Shown: piece after piece, positions 1 through 13,697 of the stretch | Layout of the letters: each line of letters opens with the position of its first letter | How positions within the stretch are numbered: position 1 is the first letter of the stretch | From: Octopus sinensis | Lineage: Eukaryota | Assembly (NCBI RefSeq): GCF_006345805.1 | Contig: NC_042997.1 | Location: 63,240,001 to 63,304,000 of the forward strand | Direction: 5' to 3' | DNA: 64,000 bases | The notes under the pieces: model-generated | Told to the model about the DNA's origin: nothing | The model's database searches: none | The model's input: the letters and a program-made list of their open reading frames with translations, nothing else | Program-made: the position numbers and the translations under genes

Positions 1-59
1 ATCTGCTGAGATACGTGAACTCATTAACAACTTTTAAGGTTTCTCCTCTGGCTGTGATT

Positions 60-300
60 GTTGGCTCTACATACTTCTTATGTAGTGCAGATAGTGCATG
101 ACCTTTGTCTTCTGAGTACTGATTTTGAGGCCAATGTTGTTCCAGGCATTGGAAACATTGTTCATGCTGTATCTGTGCCTCTGTGGCGGAGTTGAATGTG
201 CAGTCGTCTGCGAATAGGAAGTCGTATAATGAGTCCTCTTCCACTTTGGTCTTGCCCTGTAGTCTTCGCAGGGCGAAGAATCTGTCATCAATCCTGAATC
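60..300 (-). mobile_element. RTE-clade LINE reverse transcriptase fragment (decayed)
   Basis: Minus strand reads DFLFADDCTFNSATE (RT catalytic FADD), followed after a frameshift by SMNNVSNAWNNIGLKISTQKTKVM, typical of RTE RT domains 5-7. Confidence 0.8.
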
Positions 301-2229
301 TGACTTTTACTTTGGTTGCGTCGGAATGCATGTATATGCACACAAATATATGCTGAAAATGCGCACACACGCACACAGATACACACACATACACACACTC
401 TCGCACACACAAGCACACACGCTCGCCTACACAAGCACACACATATACGCAGACACATACAGACATACACGCACACAATAGAAACACACACACATATACA
501 GCAATCTATTTACATCGCTACATTTCCACAGTATCATACATAAACTTTGAAATATTAAACAATAAATTTGAATAACTTATATTTCCATCGATGTGATCGC
601 AAACGTGAAATCGTCTGGTGCTAAAGTCAAATGTAGTGAGTTTATGACGAGGGCCAGGCATTTAGAGAAAGATATTTTAGTTTAAGTCTTTTGTCAAGTC
701 CTTTAGGCAAAATAAGAGGTTTATATCTTTCAGTACCAGACTGACACATGTCAAAAGGTTTTATTTTAGATGAAACCTGTATGTGAGTATATACGGAAAC
801 GCAACACATTTTATTCTGCGCAATTGTCTCATTAATTAGTGTAGTCAATAAAAGTATTGTTTAATTGCGCTGGTTCTTTCTGTTGTTACTTCACGTTTCA
901 AGCTCATATACATTTATTCCTGCGTTAAAGTACGCCCATGATTGAGAAACTCTAGTTGTGTCGAAGTAAATAATCAATTTGAAGCACAGAGAGACACATA
1001 GAGATACATACACACATTTCACACAAAAATATACTTATAGATACATGATGTAAGATGCATGTACTTAACGCTAGATCTTTTTAGTTATAAGTAGATATCG
1101 TGCTTACATCTGAGAATCCCCAGATGCGTATTGAAATTTACTCATTCTCATCGAGTTCTAAGTGCAAAGAGTAGGCATTTGTTCATTATATTCAATAAAC
1201 TTTCGACATGTCGTGCTATAAATGATTTACATATAATCTGGAACTTTGGAATTATTACAAAATTAAAGGCTTCACAGTGTTAATGCATTTAAAATTTGCA
1301 TGTCATTAGCGATATCCTTTCACTAGCTACTCGTTGAAAATATATGAAGATTAGTATTGAATTCCCATCTCACAGAGTAGCTAAAATTTGTTTTTTATAA
1401 CTACGTGGAATTGCTTTCTAAACAACTTAAAACCAATTCAACAGATATATTTCCTAATATGCACGAGGCGGCTCATGCAAGAAATAGAACGTCAAATTTA
1501 AACTGATTCGTTCAATGATATAATTGAACAAAGAGATAAAATTCAATCATTTATAAATATGATCGTCATAGTGTATCATGATTAATTGATTTCTTGTCTA
1601 AAAATATATATTTATTTCACAATGTATCAACTATGCATTTCACACACCTTAGGGTTTCTTATTACTACTATGTAGTAGGTTTAACAAAGACATATGGAAA
1701 TCATAATATTTAAGTGAAACATACAATTGTTAAAAAACGAAAAATGCAAAACACAATACACTCAATTGGCTCTATTTTCTTGTTCCATTAATTAATTTCA
1801 TGCGATCAGGCATTTCATATATGTGCAAGGAAGCTCTGTTAATCATTTTATATACTAACAGTTTTATATTCAATTTTATATATCAATCTCTCTTTTGTTG
1901 AGGAATGCCATGTTTGAAACTATTTTTTATTGAGATATGTCAAGTTTATTGAGGCAACATGACTTACAGAAAATGCCAATTATATCTTTTGATAGATATT
2001 TTACATCATCCCTGGAATAATCATGAAATGTAATTTCGCAGTGAAAGTGTTAAACCAAATTAATGGGAGTTATAACGGAGGAAAAAGGGATTCAACTGTA
2101 GTAGGATCATTTATATCATTCGTAGCCTTAACAGCTCTGGTGGGTATGGAATGAATAATTTTGGAGAATAAAGTTTATATGTTTATCTTTCTAATGCTAT
2201 ATCTAGATAATGACACCGCCTAAAGCTGT

Positions 2230-2720
2230 AATATATTAATAATATCGCTAAGCATCAGTCTGCTGACAATTCAATTTCACAAAATTAAGTCATCAGTAGA
2301 TTCTCGTCTAACATTAAATTAGAGTTTCTTGGGCAATTGCTCATCGTGTTCATCATCTTCACTATGTCTGCTATCATTAATCAGAACTTCTTTCGGTATT
2401 TCTTCTTCTGTTAACACTTGATAATCAAAATCACTCATTGTGTCTTCTTGTCAGCTGCTGACGGCAATATGCGTGACATTTGTTTCACCTATCCGCCATA
2501 ATATGCAAGACAAATACCTGAATTCACGTAATTCAATATCATATTCCCGACGCACAGAAGATGCATTTCAAGGTTTGTCTAAATTGGCTATCTTCAATGC
2601 CGTGCATAAAGATGAGAAACTGAATATTGCTGGCTTAAAATTTTTGTTCTTGATGTAATTGTGAGATATGCTTTATCTTCTTGTATCTGGCGTCATATCG
2701 TTATCGTCTGTCATCATGAG
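2230..2720 (-). mobile_element. Old Tigger/pogo-type transposase C-terminal fossil
   Basis: Minus-strand peptides YIKNKNFKPAIFSFSSLCTALKIANLDKP* and DFDYQVLTEEEIPKEVLINDSRHSEDDEHDEQLPKK resemble the end of the DDE_1 domain and acidic tail of Tigger/TIGD proteins; many stops. Confidence 0.45.
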
Positions 2721-3690
2721 CTCCTAATTCCTTCGTTTGTACACTCTGTTCTAACATATAGTTTTAGTATCAGCTTTTGGCTTGATCGTCGAAGTATCAC
2801 TTGTGGCAAGAACATTCGTATCAACCATTATTATTAACGTGCTTTCTATGTTACTAACGATGCTACTCTGTTGTCTTACGATAATTACTTACGTGTTGGT
2901 GGCCTCTGAGAGAAGTAATTTTGCTGGCTAAGTTTACTCATACCTTCACCTCACCAAGAGAAAGTTTGAGTATATTTCATTGCTATTTACACACAGACAA
3001 AATGAATTTTAGGAAAATAAATATCATTAAAGATACGCTTCTTTAACCAAGAATTCTTGAAATGCTAAAAATGTACAGGTAGCGGTTATATTATGGATTT
3101 CAAGTCAAGTGATCCTATTAGGCTCCCTACAATCACTGGCTTTAAAATTAATTCTATCAGCGCTCGCGTTACATCAGGCATAAAAAAACAAACGTTTCTA
3201 ATTGAATGTTTCTTCAGACACGATGGCTTCATTCTTATGTGTGGGTATTACGGGGTAGTGACAAACAATACAACTTAGCTTCATTTTCATTTTCACTAAC
3301 GAAAATTGGATGAACTTTACGCTTCATCAAGTCTTCAAGAACACTTCAGTTCCCTAGGATCGTACGCAGTCTGCTATGACATAGTAAATTTTTATTACCT
3401 ATTCCGTGCTCATCTGTAAGTCTCCATAACTCTATGTTATACACTTCGCAGTTTTTGAAACTCAAATGCTTAGCTAGTTTAGATGAAGACACCTCAACAT
3501 TTGTATAATTTGCAACACACATGTGACAACTTACACCTATAACTGATGACCTAGAATTAACTACAGTATTATATTTTAAAGAAAGAAAGGAAATGTAGTG
3601 TGTTACTCATTATTGTTTCTTTTTGCGTGTCATATTCTTAACAAACTTTCACACTGGAAACACCCACATCGGAGTTTCTCTTGATTTCCA

Positions 3691-3738
<48 letters not shown>

Positions 3739-4067
3739 GCCTCCCATAACAACAAGCTGCTAAATAAGGCCCCGTCAGCCATGAGCAGAGACACTGCCCC
3801 CCGTCAAATTCCAACATAACATATAGTAATAATAATAATAATAATAATAATAGAAATAGCACAGATATTAGCAGCCTTCATACCAGCATTGGCGTTAGTA
3901 ATAGTAATAAGGATAAGAGCATTGGCCTGGTCATTAACGGAGGGGGTATCAACAATAATAGTAGCAGCGGGTTTAACAACAGTAATTTTACGGACAATGT
4001 CAATCACAGCATTCCCAGAAACAGGGAATGTGCAGGTGATATTGCCTTAAATAGTAATGAAAATAGG

Positions 4068-4552
4068 TTGAATAGTATCGAATCCAGCGGTAGTTGTTAC
4101 AACCATCATAGTAATAAGAGCGCTGTATTAGTATCGGAAACTAATCCCAATAGATTAAGGTTCTTATCAAATAACTCCAAAATTGTAAACACCACTTACC
4201 AGTGCAAAATTTCTGCTGGATCCGATGTCTACCTCTATATCGGCGCTACCTCCTCTAAATTAGCCACAAGAATATCAAATCATTTTCCACGTTTCGTGAC
4301 AAAAGGAAACAACACGCCACGGGGCTAAGCAAATTAGTCTGGCGTTTGAAGAACGCAAATTCAACTTTTAGGCTGGAATGGTCAATATTATCGGTGTCCT
4401 TACCGTTTGATAAGGGCAGAAAAATCTGTGCACTCTGCAATTCCGAACTCTTTCATATTCTGTTTGCCCGAGGCCGACTAATAAACTCGATTGTCGAGAG
4501 TTCTTTCAGATGCCTACACTGGAAAAAGCATACATTTCTCTCATACCAATGA
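4068..4552 (+). pseudogene. PLE GIY-YIG endonuclease domain, frameshifted
   Basis: TYQCKI...LYIGATSSKLATRISNH / LSKLVWRLK...LEWSIL...CALCNSE...LIN...RCLHWKKH across ORFs 4068-4328 and 4346-4552. Confidence 0.85.
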
Positions 4553-5127
4553 AGTCTAATATAGATAATGCCTGGATTTCCTAAAAAATTGAAAGGTGAT
4601 ATCTCATCCATTTTAGTATAAAAGACTTTCTCATAGTTGCTAAGAACTACTACCAACCCCATCAGTAACCTTGTATCTTGTCATTACTATTGTGGCCTCC
4701 ATCTGCCCTCTCCCTATTAAGTTGACACATTCGAACACACAGACACAGTCTTTTCAGTTCTTGACCGTTAATTCTTGCTATCTCTTTCTCTCTGCCTTCC
4801 ACACACACATTCACGCATTCAAAGACGCTCACACACACACATTAAGGCAATTTTACACACTCATACATACGAGCACTCATTCATGAAATAAATCAAATAT
4901 AAACACCAGTCATACAGAATACATTCCCTCACTTTAATTTTCCTATTCCCTCCTTCTCCTACCTTGATTCAACCCTTGAACTTTTTCAACGGACAATTTC
5001 TCCTACTTTCAACCAATCCGGCGTCACCCCCTATAAATAGACATTATTTATCATTATCTTTATGGGCTCCTAGAGAGCAGTCATCGAAAAACTTGCTGTG
5101 CATTTTGTTGGAGAATCAAGTCCCTGG

Positions 5128-5213
5128 ATTTTCCTGAAGAGAAAGCTGCATAATGGACTCCTTATTCATTCGGAATTAGGGACTTTGCAGACTTCGAAAT
5201 ATATGTCGAAAGT
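5128..5213 (+). ncRNA. Type I hammerhead ribozyme (complete)
   Basis: Stem I ATTTTC/GAAAGT; core CTGAAGA 5134-5140; stem II GAAAGCTGCA...TGCAGACTTC; GAAA 5196-5199; near-palindromic stem III ATATATGT; GUC cleavage after 5207. Confidence 0.85.
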
Positions 5214-5418
5214 AAAATAAAGGAATTTTGTTAAATCTTCGTTCAGCTCCATTCTTTCCTATACTTAATATATTAAACTTCAATTTCCGCACTGAGGCAC
5301 GTATTTTATACCCTATGGTCGTTACTTCAACCGTGCTTTTTCTGTTGTGAGTTTGCTACCCAGGTATCGGTTATCTTTCGAATTATCCGTAATAAGATAA
5401 TTCATTTGTCTACTTAAA

Positions 5419-5469
<51 letters not shown>

Positions 5470-5940
5470 TTGTTGAAATAGAAAGATGAATTTTCTTGTT
5501 ACAGATTATTCAAAAGTTTAACCGATACCTGGGTAGCAAAAATCACAGCAGAAAATACACGGTTGGAGATAAGACCATTTGGTGTTGCAACCGTGCGTTG
5601 GTGCGGATAATTGAAGTTTAATATTATTATTGAATGGGAGAAATGGAGTTGAACGAAGATTGTACAGAATTCCTTTTATTACATTCTACACATGTTTCAA
5701 AAGCCACAAATTTCCAAATTCTGATTAAATAAGGGTACCATATTGTGGCTTTCTCATCAGGAAAAGACAGGAATTCCGTTGACAGAACAAAACAGAACAG
5801 AGGCGCAGCAATTCGAACGAGGAGGCTCTTTAAGAGCCCATGGCTGAACTGTTTATCAATGTACGCTGAAATCGGGGATTTGGTGAGTTGAAGATATCTA
5901 CAGGTCAGGCGGCGGTCAGTTCTAGTGGGTGAGAGCAAGG
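5470..5940 (-). mobile_element. Second, diverged PLE pLTR of the same family, tail-to-tail with the first across (TA)n
   Basis: 5470-5770 is a diverged reverse complement of about 5125-5420 (e.g. aaccgatacctgggtagcaaa vs tttgctacccaggtatcggtt). Confidence 0.85.
5682..5765 (-). ncRNA. Type I hammerhead ribozyme (complete)
   Basis: Minus strand: TTTTC CTGATGA GAAAGCCACAA...TTGTGGCTTTT GAAA CATGTG TA GAATG; 11-bp stem II, GUA triplet, stem I with one mismatch. Confidence 0.85.
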
Positions 5941-5987
5941 GGAGTGGAGATGTTATGTGTGACCAACTCTAATGTTCTATATATATG

Positions 5988-6327
5988 CTTCAGTCTTAGA
6001 CTGAGGTCGCACTAGAGCAATGCCTTGGAGAGGGGTTTAGTCAAACAAATCGGCCTTGGTTCTTTTTGCTGAACCACTTGATTACAGGAACGTAGACAAT
6101 ACAACGTCGGTTGTCAGGCGCTGGTGTGATACAAACATTTAACTCAAAGACACACACATACACGGTGGACTTTTTCAATACCGTCTTCCTAATCCGTAGA
6201 TCCACTGATAATGGTTTTGGTTGGCCCAAGCTATATAACATTAACTCAATATGACATGCAGTCGTGATGAACTAAGAGCTATGTTTATTGGGAAGCAAAA
6301 CTCTTACCACACAGCTGTGTCTGCGCC
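5988..6327 (-). mobile_element. tRNA-derived SINE, family A (head ggcgcagg..ggctgtgtggtaag)
   Basis: Similar to copies at 15945-16328 and 21443-21775; box A/B-like head, gactgaa tail. Confidence 0.75.
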
Positions 6328-7006
6328 TATATATAATATAAATATCTAGTAATATAAATATCTATATATCTATACATAAAAATTCATCATCTGAAAATTT
6401 CCACCTTTTACTTTCTCTCGTTTTGCACGTATTTTGTATTTGATGTTTTTAATATACATAATTGCACCCCCTCTCTCTGTCTCTGTTTCTTTCTCTCTCT
6501 CTGTATATATATGTATAAACATAATGTATGTGAGTGAGAGGAGTGTATGTGTGTACATATAAGTAAGTATGTATTCATGTACATATGCATCTCTACATAC
6601 ATCCATACATGTAAAATGAAAATCGTAGTATATGATAAAGAATCATCAGTCGTTGCCTAATAATTGAAGAATTATTCAATGTACAAATTATTTGATTCGA
6701 TTTCATATATTAGAACATTGATGGTGAGATGTGTTTCACCAACATGAAGTATGTTCTCATTTTGTAAGGGAGAAAAATACGTAAATTATATTTGTTATCA
6801 CCACATCCAAAAACAACATTTAACCGATTTATATAGCATAAATATCCAATTAACGTTTGATAATATTTAAATGAGCAATGAATTAAAATAGTAGCAACTC
6901 ATAAAGTTTGCAAATATTTTAACTGAAGTACGTTGTGTACTAATATGTTTATTTGACGTTTTTACGGACGAATTGGATAAGGTGTGAATGTGTATACACA
7001 CACTCG

Positions 7007-7038
<32 letters not shown>

Positions 7039-7182
7039 GCACAAGGACCTCGAACCCACAAGAGTAAACAAGAGAGACAGAGACAGGCAGAAACAAGGAA
7101 AATGTCACTTGTATTTGAACACTATACAAATATTCTTTTAAAAAAGCTTTTCTTATAATTTTTCAAAATTTAATTATTTATG

Positions 7183-7224
7183 TTACAGTTGAAAAAGTCT
7201 AAATGGCTGAAACCGGTACTGAAA
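7183..7224 (+). ncRNA. Minimal hammerhead ribozyme, core-mutated
   Basis: TTACAG TTGAAAA AGTC-taaat-GGCT GAAA CCGG TA CTGAAA; stems I-III present, two substitutions in CTGAAGA; (TA)n about 100 nt downstream. Confidence 0.6.
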
Positions 7225-7318
7225 TGTTTTTTATAAAATTATTTTAGCATTTTCTATCTTGACATTTTTCCCCATATATATCAACTCGTGTGTTCCATTT
7301 CATCCTTATACATGTATG

Positions 7319-7380
<62 letters not shown>

Positions 7381-7381
<1 letters not shown>

Positions 7382-7585
7382 CCAAATGAGAAATAAAAGC
7401 AAAAACAGGAAAAACAACAAAAGTTGAAGGGATGTACTTAGTTAATGTAGTAGGGTGACACTCAGAGGAGCTTTAACTTTGTAAAAAGAGAGGAAGTGAC
7501 GCCTCGAGAATGGCTCTTCGCCAGAAAGAGGAAACAGGAAAAAGTTCGAACAGAAGTGCGTGTACCACACAGCCACGCTTGCGCG
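7381..7585 (-). mobile_element. PLE pLTR end fragment with degenerate HHR
   Basis: Minus strand CTGGCGA AGAG ccatt CTC GAGG CGTC; same layout as 26807-27000 and 63690-63835; abuts (TA)n. Confidence 0.55.
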
Positions 7586-7649
7586 CATATACATACATAC
7601 ATACATACATACATACATACATACATAAATACACACATACATACATACA

Positions 7650-7702
<53 letters not shown>

Positions 7703-10700
7703 ATACGTAATGATTAAAAGATTACAAAATATTTCGGCAAATTTGTCCAGTTGTTCTGTATTCTGTAGTTCTGATGTCATATGTTAATATGAACAACAGG
7801 GCAGTAGACTAGTAGTCCTTAAACTTGAGCCCTTGCAGTGATAGAAAGGAGTCGATCACTAGTTTAATGCGTGAAGTAGAGAGGGAAATGAACTGGAAAA
7901 GAATCGGGAGGGAGAAAGAAAGAAGAGGCAAAGCGTTATAGGAGTTCGACAGACTTCGGTTCTTAGCCACATTATATTAACGCTAAGGAGACTTTTGAAT
8001 CAACCTGTATATCATTAATTATTTGAGCAAGGATTGATCCCTTGGTGATCATTGACTACGGACAATTTCTTTTCAGGTCTGATTTCCTCTGTTACCTTTT
8101 CAATTTCGTTATTTATAATCTTTACTCCCGCGAATGGTTTTGAATCATTTTCAGCTTCGTTTTGTTTCAATGATCGTTAGTGTACTTTCCCTTTCACGGT
8201 CGGACGCATTGAGATAATTTGTATGACAATCTTAAATGATCCTTGCAATTCGTTTGTGCGTATACCGCTATCATCAAATTTGGTTGGCTAGTGAAGCTAA
8301 CATTGTGAAATACGATTATTCTGCAGACGGTTAATCCAAGACGCCCTGAGGATTTGTCAAAGGCTTCCCATATGCAAGGCATCCATCCAATTTAACCAAA
8401 TTACTCTGGAATAATGTCTTGATTTGGTTCATACATTGCAGAAAATACAGCTGATCGATAAATGCGGATTTTGGTGTGTAATGAAATACTTGCTTTTAAA
8501 ATAATATTTATTGAAAGAAAGTATGACAAATAAATAGTATACAGAAAAAGAAGTGAAAACAGACATAGGTATTTGTATTTAGAACATAGTTACACTTGGT
8601 TCCTTCCTTATAGATCAATAGATATTCGTCCTATCTCCAAAGAGCTAATCAATGGAACTCCAAGGGAATAGATAATACAAGCATAAAGAACGTAGTTAAA
8701 TTTGTAATTCGATTAACGGACTGCATAGATTCATATAGCCATTCTCATCCCCATTAGCAGCGGAAGTGAAACATTATTCTCTATGATAAGAATATTACTT
8801 CACTGCAGATTTTTACATTCTAGAAATCTAATAAAGATATACAACAGCTAGTCCACATAAAGTTAAGAGTACTGTATAGAAAGAAGACAAAATATAATAG
8901 TAAACGAGAGCTCAGACACTGGCTTAGTTAACTAATTCCTATCTAATACCTTCAAGCATATTTTATGTGAGAAAATTTACAATCAAATTTCCCAAAGTCA
9001 AATCTTGTCATATATCAAAAGATAATGACTGCAAAACCTAATTATAAAATGTTATAAAATAGTATACAGTGCATTTATAATTTTGATAGACACGCGGTTC
9101 ATCTTACAAAAAAAAAAGAAAAAGAAAATAGAGCTTGCTTGAGTAAAGTTTATTACTGGTACTTCCAGAAGAACGGCAAAATCAATTAAAGGTCACCCAG
9201 TTTATTTGTTTCCTTCTGATAGTGAAGATATTAACCATCAGCAGGCAATAGCTTCTCGAAAAAGAGCCTTCTGTTATTTAGTTAGGAAAGTTCTGTTCAA
9301 CTTCTGCATAAGTGGAGTTTGCCTTTCGTCTTTTAGGACTTCATAAAATAAAGGCCCAATGAAAACTTCCCGTCCATTTAGTTAATTCACTTATTTCCTC
9401 AAATTTTTGGCACTGAGCCTGTTTTAGGTAACTGGTGTAGTTTATTTTTAGCTTAGAAGATTTGCTAATTGATGTGTTTTAATTGGAGAGTGAAATCTTT
9501 TGGAAAAAGAAGTAATCTAAACGAGCTTCGTACTGCGACACAATAGAGGGAAGAGACACACAACAAAAGGAAAAGCAAAAAAAAAAAAAAGAAGACAAAG
9601 CGAGTATACTCCATTTCTTTTGTGAAAGAGATTATAGATAAAATACTAGTCGAGAGAAGTGGGTGGAAATCATTCAGGAGTAGAAACAGAGATAGTTGGC
9701 AATTTAAAAGATTATACTTTATCGATGATTATATTTTGATGAAGGTGACGTTCAAGTTCTTTCCAAGAACTTTCGGAGTGTTAGTAGGAGTAAGAGTCAT
9801 AAAATAGGAATGAAAACTATTTATACCATCACAATTTACAAGAAGCTTATCCTTATATATATCACCGCCATTCAACAACACATATAAATATTGAATATAA
9901 CAATTATCCTATATCAAATCACAAAGACTAGCAGGAAGATTTCTTTAGCCTGAGGTTCCAATATAATCAGTTTTATAATAATAAATTTTGGTAAACCAAG
10001 ATTTCAAAGTATTGATGTTTTCGCTTCACCCACATACAGACACACGCATGCCTAACACAAACGCATACAACCTAATATAAACACACACACACTACAAAAA
10101 TAACATGACAAACAATTTATTTCCAAACAAAAAATATATTCTTTACAATGTTGTTACAAAATATATTGACACATCCATATAGCTATATAAAAGAACAGGA
10201 GTGCGAATAAGAACTTATGCATGCACACCAGCACGTATATCTAATCACATATACATACATCCTCTGTACTTATATATCTGTGTAGGCGTGTGTATAGATA
10301 TCATTGTTATGATTAAGTGTGTCTACTTACATTGGTGCCCGTCTATAATTACGAAATAATAATTATAATTATAAGAGACATTTCCCTCAAGGCAGCCTGT
10401 TTAATACTTCTTTTGGAATCAAAAATATATCGATGAATACTACTCATACTGTTTGAACATACGAAAGATGACATTATAACTCTCACACACATAGATACCT
10501 ATTTATACATCATTTTAACATCATTCCCGTATATACATACATATATACATAAACACAAACCCACATATATGCAGCCTATGTATTTATGTATGCATGTGTG
10601 TATACAGACAATTATACGATATACGAATAAACGAATAAAACTGCTTAGGTTTGATATAAAAAATATATACATATGCACACATGTAAACAGAGAGAAAGGG

Positions 10701-10731
10701 GAGACTGAAAATTCAAGTATATTGATATTTA

Positions 10732-10947
10732 TGAATGGGTGATGCAAATTTCCTGGCTTTAAGGGTATCGTGAAAGGCCTCTTTGTAGGCCCATCCTTCC
10801 GAGTTCTTTTATAGGGTTTAGAAAAACTGAAGGAAAGCTGCAATAAGTGTGTGAATCTGAGAGGGAAATATGTTGGATAAAATCATAATTAACTGATCCT
10901 TCTGTGTTTTTCTTACCCAATGAAAAGTACGTTTCAGCACCCCATCG
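10732..10947 (+). mobile_element. mariner-derived MITE (copy 1)
   Basis: Degenerate TIRs (..ttcctggctttaagg / ..tttcagcaccccatcg), TA flanks; retains the mariner C-terminus GLEKLKESCNKCVNLRGKYVG*; matches 53461-53658. Confidence 0.75.
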
Positions 10948-10964
10948 TATATATTGATAGAACA

Positions 10965-11596
<632 letters not shown>

Positions 11597-12256
11597 ATTA
11601 AAAATGAGGGTGTCTGAGAGACACCACCATGCCGGAATAGCAGTCGAAACTCTGACTATAAAAACCACGTTAAATGTTCATATCGTACCATGAGATAAGA
11701 CAGAGGGACAAAATAGACAAGCAAAAGTTATTGAATAATTCAAGATCCAGGATTTCTGGTTTTGCTTTAAATAAGCTTTACCGTCATCGGTTGAATATAT
11801 CAAGAGTACGTAAATACAGATATATATATATATATGCAGAACAGACGATATACTTACATATACGAACGTCCATACCTACATACATATGTACGTATGCACA
11901 CGGTCAGTTAAATTGCCCGCCAAAACACCCCATAAGCACGATATGGTTAAAATAAACACCGCAGTGAATATAATAACGAATTATATAAATTTATAAATGA
12001 GGATAATATCGATATTTAAATATCGATATTATCAAGTGGGAAAAAATACCGTACAAAGGTAATAATTTTTTACAATTAAAAATGAGGGTGTCTGGGGTGT
12101 TTTGGCGGGCAATTTAACTGGCCGTGTGCATACGTACATATGTATGTAGGTATGGACGTTCGTATATGTAAGTATATCGTTTGTTCTGCATATATATATA
12201 TCTGTATTTATGTACTCTTGATATATTCAACCGATGACGGTAAAGCTTATTTAAAG
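11597..12256. mobile_element. Double-headed inverted-repeat element (PLE pLTR-derived)
   Basis: Arms 11765-11932 and 12093-12256 nearly identical in inverted orientation; direct repeat aattaaaaatgagggtgtctg at about 11596 and 12074; (TA)n on the left. Confidence 0.8.
11738..11796 (-). ncRNA. Type I hammerhead ribozyme (CCGAUGA core variant)
   Basis: Minus strand: ATTCAA CCGATGA cGGTaaaGCTTatttaAAGCaaaACCa GAAA TCC-T-GGA TC TTGAAT; perfect 6-bp stem I, AUC triplet. Confidence 0.8.
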
Positions 12257-13697
12257 GTGGCGATCTTGTCTGGCATAAAGGCACCAGGTCTCACCTCTGT
12301 ATAGCAAGGTGTGAGGACACATACTTTATAGACTGTAAATTTGGAGCATCTCGTCAACTTGCCGTTTAACAACACTTTTTGAGCTAGTTTGGCGAAGGTC
12401 GAAGCTGCTAACTCTATTCTCCTGTTCATCTCCTGATAGAGTGTAAGGCTTTCCATAATTGTTGAACCAAGGTACGTAAACTCACGGACCACATCGAGTG
12501 AGTGGTTGTTGATGGTAATGATGGAGGGGGGGTCGAGACACTTTGGCCCATTACCAAAGAGCTACTAGAGCCACGTCGTGGGCAAACAGCCTCTCCCAGA
12601 CGTAAACGCTGCGGACTTTGGTCTTCGCATTGAGCTTCGACAGATTGAATAGTTTACCGTCCGACCTTTGCGTATCAAGTGTATAATTCAGCATGAGAGT
12701 GAATCAGATGTTGAACAGGACACATCGCTGTTTTACCCCACGTCGAACATCAAAGGGTTCTGAGGTGGCCTTTATGTACAAATGGAAAGACTCAAGGATG
12801 CGAAGCAGTCGAGGAGGACACCCAATCTTCTCAAGAACTTGGAACAACCCATTCCTACACACCGTGTCGAATGCCTTCGCCGAGTTAATGAATGCAATGT
12901 AGAGAGGTTGGTTCTTTTCCCTTGCAACCTCATAAGGGAGAAAAGTCCTATCCATCGTGGCTCATCCGGATCTGAAACCAGTTCGAGATCCTGGGTAGAT
13001 CCTTTCTGCAAGTTTCTGATCTCAGTCGAGAGACAAGCGAGCAGATGGCTCCCCGACGACACTGAGCCGTGACATACTTCTATAGCTGTCACAGTGACTC
13101 CTGCTTCCTTTGTTTTTATACAACGTGACAATTTTACTGTCTTTCATATCACTGGATATCTCCCCTTCCTCCCAGCAATGACACAGGATATGGTGGAGTT
13201 GGAGTAGGATGTCTTCTGTCTAACAGTTGATAACTTCAGCTGGTATCCCATCTAGTCCAGGCGTTTTTCCAGTTGGTAGTGAGTAGAGTGCTTTTTCCAA
13301 TTCCCCTACGGTTGGTGGTATGTCCAGTTCATCCATGACCGACAAACTTTCTAAGCCCTTCAGCATTGTTTCCGAAATGGAATAACCCGGAGTAATGCTC
13401 CACCAATCTCTCCATTTGCTTCAGCTGGTCTGTGATAGTCTATTCATCTTTAGTTTTCAGCGGCGCTAGCTTGCATTATGCCGGTCCTATTGCTTCGTTT
13501 ATTCCGTCGTACATTCCAAGTATGTCCTCCATGACAGACGCTAGTTGGATACATCCGCACAGTTTCTGACAGTATTCGTTGGTGCAGCGTCTAGCCATTC
13601 GTTGAGACTTGTTTCTGGCTGTCCGTATGGCTGGCAGTAACTCTCGAGTCGGGCGCTGTTTGTGCTTGATTAGAGATTCCCGTTTTGCTGTTAGAAT
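12257..13697 (-). mobile_element. RTE (BovB-like) LINE fragment, decayed RT ORF
   Basis: AFINSAKAFDTVCRNGLFQVLEKIGCPPRLL, GVKQRCVL, KLFNLSKLNAKTKVR, LFAHDVAL, VREFTYLGSTI; multiple frameshifts. Confidence 0.9.

Larger units (their letters stand above)
3736..5420 (+). mobile_element. 5'-truncated Penelope-like retroelement (Nematis-like) with 3' pLTR, flanked by (TA)n on both sides
   Basis: Starts IASHNNKLLNK (post-RT motif), then an Asn-rich linker, a GIY-YIG endonuclease and a 3' non-coding region with an HHR at 5128-5213; (TA)n at about 3693-3735 and 5424-5465. Confidence 0.85.

Noticed and set aside
2880-2945. Possible host exon (GTAAGT donor on the minus strand); similar candidate at 33217-33308
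   Set aside because: No open frame with recognisable protein similarity; splice-like motifs are common by chance
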